Shown here: positions 10,859 to 20,130 of the stretch, piece after piece
Layout: every line of letters starts with the position of its first letter
Position numbering within the stretch: the stretch's first letter is position 1
Source: Zygophlyctis sp. KS116
Taxonomy: Eukaryota > Fungi > Chytridiomycota
Assembly (NCBI GenBank): GCA_054661495.1
Contig: BAAFSQ010000185.1
Coordinates: forward strand, 1-20,130
Direction of reading: 5' to 3'
DNA: 20,130 nucleotides
Made by a program: the position numbers and the translations under genes
The notes under the pieces: generated by a model
The model's database searches: none
What the model was told of the DNA's origin: nothing
Seen by the model: the letters and a program-made list of their open reading frames with translations, nothing else

Positions 10859-11010
10859 TAAATTGGTAGGATCCGAGGACGCATCGATGTAGAAAAGACT
10901 TCCCCGAGAAATTCGTGGATTCGACTCAGGATAAGAGTTTGACAGCAGCATAGTCGTGCCATCTAATAAGTATTTTGTGCACAACTAAAATTAGGACTCT
11001 TCTTCTGAAA
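10854..11010 (+). repeat. 157-bp direct repeat copy 1 (ectopic Helitron coding fragment)
   Basis: Identical to 12745-12901 except for 3 substitutions. Confidence 0.97.
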
Positions 11011-11352
11011 AAAGTGGAAGTTTAAAATTTAGGGTTAGGAGTACTCAGTATAGATTTATATTACTGGGTATTACTCAAGCAATGTAAATCTCTTTGAAGT
11101 AGAAACGTAGTAGTGGTAGTCTAACTTGAAAGAAATAGAGAAGTCCCTCCCATTCAAACGCCATGTAGCGCCGCCAGCGGCATGAAAACTTGAAAAGTTA
11201 TTCGAGCTGCAAAATTTAGTTTAAAAGTTTATCCTCAATTGAATTCGATTGATTTATTTAATGAGATTTATAAAAAACTAACCCTAAAAATTTTCAGAAC
11301 CCACTGACCCAGACATCATTAACTTGAATTGGCCTAACCGTTCAAATGAAAC

Positions 11353-12185
11353 TTAGTTCATAATAAGCTGAACATCCACCAATGTAAATGGATCAGAATT
11401 AACAGAAATATCACGGCCTGGTTGATCAGTCCGCCTTCTACCATCTAACGTCTGAAGAAAATAAGTAGAGTTAAGTCCAGAGTCAACTGCATTAAAAGGT
11501 CCAATATATTTCGATTGAAACTTACCACTTGAATGATTCTTGAGCTTAACCATATCTCCATTTGAAATGTGTTCTACCTTGAGGTTTTAGTCTCTATATT
11601 CGGGTGGTGTGTATTTTCTATCTCTGTAGAGCAGCCGCTCGATTGTTGCCCAAGCTTTCTACAGTAACTATATCCCCAACTAACCCATTAATGCTGACAG
11701 TGTTTACTGATACGCCATTGATGATGTCAGTCTTGTGTCGGAATAACAAAAATAAACTATTATCTTTCCTGATTACGATTAATAATTAAATCATAAAAAG
11801 ATTACCAGGTATTCTGGCTTCTATTCAATGGCATAGCTCTATCCGCATGTTCAAACAAATTCAGCTTGTGTAAGAAACTGATCCCATATCTGAACATAAC
11901 CTTTACACAATTTTGTCAAAATTCCATTTAATTCCATGCGAATTCTTTGAACTACATCATAAGACCTTATGTTGGAAAAAGACGTATAAATCGATCAATT
12001 TTAGGTATCCTTGAAGCAAACGAAGGTATTTTTTCATTCGGCATCTTCCGTATAAATGAGTATATCTCCGTGCAAACTAAAACAACTATATCTATCAGGT
12101 CCCCGATTATTTAAAAAACTCGAAACGTCAAACCAAACGGCATAACTATGTCCATATTGTGTACGAAAAGCATTTAGGTATCACT
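11353..12185 (-). mobile_element. Collapsed gypsy pol remnants (RT, integrase end, C-terminal SH3-like part)
   Basis: AFRTQYGH, VMPFGLT and DILIYT (about 12040-12180). LNGILTKLCKG..WDQFLTQAEF (about 11850-11950). GDMVKLKN..KFQSKYIGPF..TYFL. Confidence 0.8.
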
Positions 12186-12209
12186 TGCCCGGCTTAATTC
12201 TAATTAGAT

Positions 12210-13071
12210 GAAAAGCCGATTATAGATCTATTTTACTGAAATTACATGAATCCCCGACTTTCCCAACATATGTTTAATAATGGGTATTGCGGCTGTATCC
12301 GTTTTAAGTACTTGTTTAAAGAACGAAACCCCACAGAAAGACGCAAACTTCCATCTCGCTTTCTGACAAACGTTACTGGTGATCCTGCTGACGATGAGAT
12401 TGTATCAGTCCAGCCTCAGATGCTTATTGTGGTCCGTGTATGGAATGAAAAACTCAAAGAACTCAATAAGGACCTCAGAAAAAAATTATTTCGAAAGGTT
12501 TTATTTGAAACAAGCCAGCATCAAAGTTGGTGGAGCGAATTTTCACGATCGAGTTTCAGAAACGAGGGCTTCCGCATGCTCATATTTTTATATTTTTCCA
12601 TGAAAAAGACAAGCCAAAAACTACTACGGATTACGATAAAATTTATCTGCCAATGTACCTAATCCGGATTTGGATAAAGAATTCTATGATGCTGTATCAA
12701 AACATTTGCTGCATGGACCTTGCTTTCAACGATGTCGTGTAAAGTTGGATAAATTGGTAGGATCCGAGGACGCATCGATGTTGAAAAGACTTCCCCGAGA
12801 AATTCGTGGATTCGACTCAGGATAAGAGTTTGACAGTAGCATAGTCGTGCCATCTAATAAGTATTTTGTGCACAAATAAAATTAGGACTCTTCTTCTGAA
12901 ATATGACTGTCACATTAACGTTGAAGTATGCTATACTGTCACTGCCATTAAATTATATATTTAAGGGCTCTAATAGGGCCGATGTGGAACTTTCTGAAGG
13001 GGAAACTATAGACGAGATAAAGGTAACACGAATCAAGAGGGATTTATATTGATTAGAACTATTTGGACGCC
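12210..13071 (+). mobile_element. Canonical Helitron Rep (HUH endonuclease) relic with two micro-introns
   Basis: VVRVWNEKLKEL, IEFQKRGLPHAHI, HGPC, RC*KDFP, VVPSNK|TLLLKYDCHINVEVC, FKGSNRA, IDEIK|NYLDA. Confidence 0.95.
12745..12901 (+). repeat. 157-bp direct repeat copy 2 (in its Helitron context)
   Basis: 154 of 157 bases identical to 10854-11010. Confidence 0.97.
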
Positions 13072-13074
13072 CTT

Positions 13075-13510
13075 TTCATCACTTCTCGAATTGGGGCAAA
13101 TTCGGAAGGGAGAGCAGACAAAGCATTGAGTAAAACAAGTTTTTTGATAGGTTGATTGTTTTGCTAATTTCAATTGCTGCTGTAAACGTACGAAGTAACT
13201 CTCTTAGTTTGGTAAAACTTTTTTAGAAGTAAGAACGAATAGATTTCCTTGATAGTTTAAATTGGGAGAGGGATAGATTGTGATGCTAACTTTTCTTTGA
13301 AGATTGCTCAACATAACTGTGGTAACAACGATAGAAAAGATCTAATATCTTCTGGTACGTTCGTAATTATTGTCAAAAATGCAGTAGAGTCAGTCTCTTC
13401 AGTGTCCCAGAGATTGGAAGCAGGTAGGATGAATTTGATCATAAATTGCCATAGTAAGAAAGTATCTTGACTGGAAAGCCAAGGTTCAATAGTCAATGAT
13501 TTGACTTGAG
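13075..13510 (-). mobile_element. Ty1/copia gag (UBN2-type) relic
   Basis: IEP..DTFLLWQFMIKFILPASNLWD..AFLTIITNVPEDI, ending LLSPSEFAPI. Confidence 0.6.
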
Positions 13511-13994
13511 TGTCGTTTTTTAAAGGAACCTCGGCACTCAGTGCCTGGGATCTAGGATCTTGAAGCGCTGTAATTACTTGCTAAACTTAATTAAAGTTAT
13601 CTTGACAATTATGTGATTATAAACAAGGATGAAATATTCAGAGATATTGCGAAATTGGCTAATTATTGGAGTTGTATTTATTTTTTAAATTTAATTTTAA
13701 GGGGGCTTAGCTATAGTAAAATCACTGGGACAATTCTAGCATAGTTACTCAAAAGATTATTTATTAATATGGAATCAATGATTGTAAACTGTCGCAATGA
13801 GCAGCTTATTTTAAAGCATTGGTAAACCTTGCATTAGTCAGTTGAATAATGAGATATTTTTATCACTACTATGGAACCTTGCTGTTGAAAAAAGGTCTAA
13901 TTTAGAAGCTGCAATCATTACTGTAAATGTAGATCTGGTACATCAAATACTCTTTAGTGGCCGGCAGCTACCGGTGAACCTTGCCATGTATCAG

Positions 13995-14010
13995 ACTACA
14001 TCTCCCCTCC
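13995..14010 (-). other. Putative gypsy polypurine tract/LTR start
   Basis: Minus strand reads ggaggggaga TGTAGTC. Confidence 0.55.
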
Positions 14011-14051
14011 ATATTGTAATTATGATTAGGCATTATACCAATGAATTGATT

Positions 14052-14925
14052 CCAACACACCCACACAAGTCATAGGATTCCAATTTTAGAGCACAACTTA
14101 TTAAACTGAGGATTCGATAAAGCTTTTGTAAATATGTCGGCTTGTGTTTCATGTTTTCCAAGATGCTTTATGTCTAAGAATCCGCTTTTAACGAGTTCTT
14201 TCAGGAAGTAATTGCGAATATCAATATGCTTAGTTCGTGAATAATTTTTAGTGCTCTTTGTTAGTTCGATAGCACCTTGGTTGTCTTCAAATATGTTTAT
14301 CGACTTGGTACTTATTCCATTGCTACCCAAATTGTTTGACAGGAAAATGCCTTCTTGAGCGGCCTTCGCAACTAGATAATGCGACAGTTGGTTGTAATTT
14401 TGAATTCCATGAGATTGGAGACTTTCCTAGTTTAAAGCCTTCGATTTTCAGTTTCAGAAGCACAATTTGCGTATGCATATCCAATTATGTCAAGAGAGTC
14501 TGTTTGAAGAGTTATCCAAATATATACTGCTTTTTAAATACCTAAGAATTCGTTTTGCGGACGTTTAATGTTTTAACGCACCCACAGCAGCAGCGATATC
14601 AGGACGAGCTGGGCAGGAGAGATAACAAAAACAATCTGGCGATTCGGTCGCTTGAACAGATGTGAACCATTTGTTTAGCATAGCCGATTTATGTAAGTCC
14701 TGTACATTTAAATTTATAATAATTGGTAAGAAATTTAGTTATTTTAACATAGTGATTGATAGTGCTTTTTCCTAAGTCAAAATTTTCTCGACAGAAAACA
14801 CTGAAAGAAGTCCGGTCATTCTTTTTCACCCAATTTGATTTCATCAATGTAAAGATATCATTGACTTATAAATAGAAATGTTATCAAAGTGTTTTTAGCT
14901 GTTTAAAAACCTAGATTCATGTATG
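14052..14925 (-). mobile_element. Ty1/copia RT-RNase H relic with the start of its 3' LTR
   Basis: Decayed YVDD (IY.VNDIF), RPDIAAAVG, AKRILRYLK, PISWNSKLQPTVALSS, EDNQGAI..RTKHIDIR..ADIFTKAL. The stop is followed by a G-rich tract and TGTTGGAAT at 14057. Confidence 0.93.
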
Positions 14926-14934
14926 AGGTCAGCC

Positions 14935-15204
14935 TGTATGAAGATAGCCTACCGCTCATTTGTCAGAAGTTAGCCTGCCTTAAGACTACCGCAAATAAGC
15001 TGCCGTCAAAATCTATAAAAAATTAATCAAACTTCAAAGGAGGTATAGCAATATTTCGATTATTGATTCTTCAAGGTTGAATTGGAATTCAAGTATTATT
15101 GGATAATCACAATTATATTTGATTTCCAAGTCATATCATAAGATTATAAGTGGCTCTTTCAAGGAGCCTTCACAAGCATGTGATTTATACCGGAATTTTA
15201 AAGT
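14935..15204 (+). repeat. Dispersed repeat copy B with about two 26-bp units
   Basis: tgtatgaagatagcctaccgctcatt / tgtcagaagttagcctgcc match the reverse complement of the 1663-1744 unit, and the following ~200 bp also align. Confidence 0.85.
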
Positions 15205-15579
15205 ATATTAACAAATAGAATAAAAGTCCAACAAAACCCCATCTTCTAAGTCAGAACTCTACAGACGAATTCCTTAAAAAAAGGAAAGCTGAAATACTGA
15301 CTTCAAGAAGAATTAATAGGTAAATGCAAGTGGGCTAAAGCGGATTTAATTGAACATCTATTAGAACTCAAGGTTGATCAAAGGGACAGAGGAATTGATC
15401 AAAAAGACAGAGAGGATAAAAAAGAAACATATACATCATGGTGAGTATTGTGAATATATAATTAAGTATTTAATCCTCATCTAATTGAAACAGAAAACTT
15501 CATCAATAATGACCTACTTGACAGAAAATATAGAGGAAAATGTGATTCGCCACCTTTCTGTCACTCTATCAATAGTTAC

Positions 15580-15885
15580 ATGATGATCGCCAGGGATTTT
15601 AACGATGACTTGGATAAAGAAGATATTAAGTGTGCTGGCGCTTGTCAAGTTTGTGGAATGGTAAAGTTAACAAATGAAATGAATTTGACAAAAAGAAAAC
15701 TATCGCCAAGCCAACTTTCCATTATAGATCATGTTTTACTGAATCGTGTTTTGGAAGAATATACTGTCTGTAATATGTGTCAAAATGCACTTAATACAAA
15801 AGAAATCCCAAAAATGTCACTTTACAATATGGGATTCTCAACCTGATTGTTTGAAAAACATACACTGGCAGAATTAATAATTTAA
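15580..15885 (+). mobile_element. Helentron-type N-terminal zinc-binding region and DUF6570 start, truncated
   Basis: CQVC..VCNMCQNAL..IPKMSLYN then, across frameshifts, PDCLKN.TLAELII (P..L..LT..E..LI pattern). Confidence 0.7.
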
Positions 15886-15903
15886 GTTAGATGGGAGGCT
15901 CGA

Positions 15904-16086
15904 TGTGGCAGCACTATAATCCTAGGAAAGGCTTAGCCACATTCAGACACGTTAAGGGTAGAAGAAAAACGTAAAAGGATTTCATCAGACTTTATCTGAA
16001 AGCCCCTTTAGGTACTGAGATAGTAGTAAATCTTTAGGAATAAATTTTGATAAATTGACCTAGTCTCCAAAATATTCCAAACTACA
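15904..16086 (+). repeat. Candidate LTR of the downstream gypsy element
   Basis: TGTGG...CTACA termini, ending 20 bp before an ATG leading into the gag region. No second copy is present in the window. Confidence 0.35.
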
Positions 16087-16105
16087 TTTTTTTCAATTAT
16101 CGAAA

Positions 16106-17978
16106 ATGGATACAAGCTCTGGAGTTGCCCTCTCAAAGAAGAGTTACAGGAATTAAATGTACTCATAATAGCAAAAACTAATGAACGATCCGCTCTTAAG
16201 AATCTCAGATCAGCTGATAGTGATACTCCTTAGCCCCAAATCGAAGTGTTGAAAGAGGAAATAAACGAGTTACTTCAAGAACATAGTCTACTAAAGAAAA
16301 CTTTATTATCTGTATCCTTTGATGCAGAGAGTTCTGGGAACACAGAAAAAAGGGGCCAGAAATCCAAGTTACCCAGATTACCTATGTTCAGAGGTACTGG
16401 ATCATTCAATTTTAATGAGCCCTGAATTGTTAGAGACCGTAACGGCATTATTGATTGCACATGAAGTGGACGAGTCAAGATGGCCTACAGCAATACTACA
16501 ACCTCACATGAATGGTATCGGGAAACATGTTTAGATCAATCGGATTTTCAAGAGTTCAAGGTGATATTCATCAGTCGCTTCGAGTTGTTTGGCCAAAAGA
16601 TGGCGTGGGTTAGAAAATTATTAGGCTTGCGTCAAGGCGAAAGGAGTGTGCAAGAATATGCAGACGAATTCAAAACTCTCATGGCTAGAGTATCCGCAAA
16701 ATGCAAGGATCCTTGGATATATGAGATGTTTATCTATGGTCTAGCTAGTGATGTGCAGTCTCGAGTTGATAATGCTCGAGCTGTATTGACGAGAAGTCAG
16801 AAAGATAAAGAAGAAGAAATTTCGGTACGTGACATAATTGAATTGGCTATTTCACTGGAATTAAACAAGATGGAAGGTGGATATAAGTCACAGACTAAGA
16901 CACTTCCGCACCAGATGCATCAAGCCTGAAAGGAAAGAGTGGTGATTGTCTGGCTTGCAAATATGCTGGAATCAAAACACCTTGGTCTAAAACACATTGG
17001 GATACATGTGTGCACAAAAAGAAAAATGGAGAATAACAAAATGAATTTGATTGATGATCTCATGAAAGAACTATACAATGTATAGCAATTAGAGGCTAGT
17101 GAACCAAGTCAGCTACCCATCATGCAAGTAGTAGTGAATGGCATGAATGTAGAGGCTCTTGTTGACTCTGGATCAAATATTTAGTTAGGTTTACCCTTCG
17201 CAGTAGATGTTTTAGACGTCAAGTACAATGTCATCATTGGTTATAATATTTTCGAAAAGCTGGGAATCTTACTAGGGTTAGTTCCAAAATTCCAGAAACA
17301 AATGTCACTGAGTCCCTGGTTATAACTTATTAAAAGATGAAGTGAAAAGTCTTATACAAGAGAATCAAGCAATCAGCCCACTCGAGAAGTGTCCTCATCC
17401 ATTGGCCAAATTAACGTTTGAATTTGACAAGAGTTTTCATTTTTATCGCAAGGTCAATTACGTCAAACAAACGGAGGTAGCAGTCTTACTTGAAGCGAGA
17501 TTAGATGAAGACCCAAATATCTTTCCCTTAGTTACAGTTCCAAAGAAGGATGGAGGCATCAGAGTGTGTGTGGATCTTCGGAGTCTAAATGAAGCCGTTA
17601 AATCGGATCTAACCCTATATTACTCAGTTGGTATACCCAATTATAAAGAAAAAGGCTCAAGAGGCACAGGATAAAACTGCCAAGCAACATTCTAATGGAA
17701 AGCTGATGATATCGCCAGAAAAATTCCCTTCAGGTTCATTAGTCATGGTAAAGGATGACACAAGAGCAAATAAAACAGATGCTCCTTATGAAGGTCCACT
17801 TTTGGTAATAAGACGAAATAACGGGGGTGCATATATTTTAAAAGGAAAAGATGGTTCTGAATATCAAACAGTGGCAAATCAAATGAAATTAATTAATCAA
17901 ACAGAAAATGTCAAAATTTTTTTAGATCCTTCATTAAATGAAATTCAAAAAATTATAGCAAAAAAGACAAGGAATTAG
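16106..17978 (+). mobile_element. Ty3/gypsy element with large internal deletions
   Basis: gag LRQGERSVQEYADEF..FIYGL, protease ALVDSGSN, RT start VPKKDGGIRVCVDLRSLN, then a jump to integrase tail GSLVMVKD..PYEGP..GAYIL and a possible chromodomain start EIQKII. Confidence 0.92.
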
Positions 17979-18289
17979 TATTCCTCTGGTTATGTTCAAA
18001 GGCTTAAAGGAACCTCAACGTATACATCAAAGACGGGAAACTTCCGGCCACAGGGAAGGAATTGCAAAGTTTTTGTAGCAAGTTCAGAGAAAGTAGCTGA
18101 TAGGCGAAGATCAAAAGTCAAACTCCGCTTGAATATAAAAGGATCAAAGACGCGTAGCGCACCTTAGAGGAATTAAAGTCAATTAATTCTCTAAGACACT
18201 CTGAGAAAAAAAGGCCAACAACCGTTAACTGTTACATCAACCAAGGATCTTATTTACAAAAAATTGAATTTTTCATTGCTGATATACAT

Positions 18290-20130
18290 ATACCGGTTAT
18301 TTTGGGTATACCCTGGGTTTCTGCAGTTCATATCACTTAAATTGATTGGTGTAGAGTTCTTTGACGGGGAACAATTACATTCATTGACTGGCGAAAAGTC
18401 TGAATTTATTGGAAAACACTCTATTACTATCTTCCCTTGATTTTGAGGATTGCTGTAAAAGTAGTGCATTTGAATCATGGGGAAATTGTTCAATTGCAGA
18501 GTTAGAAGCATGGGGAGAAGTTTCACAGGACACTAAAAGCGACGAAGATCCCGAATTGACAGAGTTATTATTATCATTTGAAGATATATTTGATAAACCA
18601 GCTATGCCCCCGCCTTCCCGGGAAGAAGACCATGAAATTCACCTCCTCCCAGGGTCAAAACCTCCCCCGATCAGAGGTATTGGGAGGCTGAGTGAGGATC
18701 AGCTGGCTCTTTTAAAATCGACAATTACGGAATTGTTGGATAAGGGCTTTATACGTCCCAGCACTAGCCCTTTTAGCGATGAGAGTTTTAGGATGTGCGT
18801 TGACTATAGGGGACTCAATTTAATCACAATCAAGAACAAAGCTCCCTTACCAAATCTCAATGAATTGCGAGATAGAGTCAGAGACGGCCGAATCTTCAGT
18901 AAAATGGACCTCAGAGATGGTTTTTATAATATCCTAGACCGGGAAGAAGATCGCTTTAAAACCGCCTTCCGGACAAGATATGGACACTTTGAATTCAATG
19001 TATTGCCCATGGGATTAACAAACTCACCTGCAACCATGCAGTCGACAATGAATCGGATTTTTGGAAAATTTTATGATTTGTGACTCTTAGTTTATTTGGA
19101 TGATTTATTAGTATACTCTGAAAACATATCCAATCATCTTAATCATCTTAGGATAGTATTTACGCTCTTGCGGGAGAACAAATTATTTCTCAAAATTATT
19201 TCTCAAACGAAACAAATGTCAATTCCTCAAGTCATCTGTTAAGTTTTGTAGTCATATTCTGTCGCAAGAGGGAGTAGCGCTAAATGTTCAGAAGGTGCCA
19301 GGTCTTGATAGTATACCCCCAAGTTCAGCGAAGGAGGTGCAGCAGTTTTTAGGACTGGTCAATTGGTTTCGAGCCTTTATCCCTTTGTGTGGTGAGATCT
19401 ACCACAAACCATTAGTGTGGTTACAATCCCAGCGATTGTTATCAGGTAGGCAAATTCGATGGGTGATAAAGCTGCAAGAGTTTAATCTGAAAATCGAATA
19501 TTTGCCTGGAAAACTGAATTCGGTAGCGGATTATCTTAGCCGACAGCCCAGTCTCTCGCCAAAGTGTCATTATTGCCAAGCCCGAATTGTCTCCTCTGAT
19601 CCTCATGCTAGGGAGATAAGTATAGCTGAAGGAAATCTATTTTCGGTAGCTGTAGTGGATTTAGACGGTGAACCCAAAGCCCAAACTCATTTTTTATCGA
19701 ATTTCCATGATCGATCTCATCGAGGTATAAATCGTACGTTGAAATCCTTGCGTAGATATTATACTTGGCCAGATATGTATAAATCCGTTAAAGAATATGT
19801 CGAGACCTGCGATGTTTGTCAACGATCAAAAGGTCGAAATTTTAAGCCGTATGGAAAGCTTCTTTCCTTCCCGATTCCTTCTCGCAGGTTTAGTGTCATT
19901 GGCATGGATTGGTTCTTTCTACCGAAGTCTTCCACTCAGGAGGATTGTGTCTTAATCATTGTCGATTATCTAACTAAACTGGTTTAGCTAATTCCCTGTA
20001 GATCTACTAACAGTTCGTCAACTGTGGCTAATTTATTCAAAGTGCATTGGCATGATAAAGGCTTTGGCCTTCCTAGCGTAATAGTTTCGGATCGAGACTC
20101 CAAATTAACCAGTAAATTTTGGGTCAAATT
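18290..20130 (+). mobile_element. Ty3/gypsy pol relic running off the window end
   Basis: VILGIPW, RMCVDYRGLN, KTAFRTRYGHFEFNVLPMGLTNSP, YLDD after a stop at 19081, FLGLVNWFR, ADYLSR, H..H..CDVC, IGMDW, VSDRDSK. Most of RNase H is deleted and there are several stops and frameshifts. Confidence 0.96.

Noticed and set aside
11160-11185. GC-rich hairpin as a Helitron 3' end
   Set aside because: The stem is short and there is no properly spaced CTRR terminus.
10854-12901. 157-bp direct repeats as the LTRs of a 2-kb element
   Set aside because: There are no TG..CA ends, PBS or PPT, and the repeat is internal Helitron coding sequence with an intron.
1476-15204. The inverted pair as TIRs of one 13.7-kb transposon
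   Set aside because: The copies are far too diverged, the putative exons read outwards with the arrays inside, and no TSD is evident. Independent insertions are simpler.
275-18526. Short shadow ORFs (275, 5149, 8310, 8768, 12659, 14336, 16275, 18254)
   Set aside because: They are antisense to recognisable TE coding relics and have no motifs of their own.
1-20130. RIP-type hypermutation
   Set aside because: No obvious directional C-to-T pattern in the repeat pairs by eye. This cannot be quantified without consensus alignments.

Overview
AT-rich eukaryotic DNA, most likely from an early-diverging fungus or a similar organism with very short introns (inference). The window is a nested graveyard of decayed mobile elements, and I find no intact host gene, RNA gene or CRISPR array. 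Recognisable relics: several Ty3/gypsy pieces (gag, protease, RT, integrase), three Ty1/copia pieces, canonical and Helentron-type Helitron pieces, two or three Crypton pieces and one MULE transposase piece. Main observations that the ORF track hides: (1) two diverged relics of an intron-containing DUF3987-like (YfjI-type, prokaryotic mobile-element ATPase) gene sharing a 25-nt intron position, lying among Crypton, MULE and Helitron fragments; (2) at least 11 candidate 23-34 nt GT-AG introns, most of which restore a reading frame or conserved motif when removed; (3) a diverged inverted ~270-bp repeat with a 26-bp tandem array and a conserved peptide, 13.5 kb apart; (4) a recent 157-bp copy of Helitron coding DNA; (5) repeated TTAGGGTTAG motifs. 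All family calls come from manual translation and motif recognition, not database searches. Boundaries of degenerate pieces are approximate.
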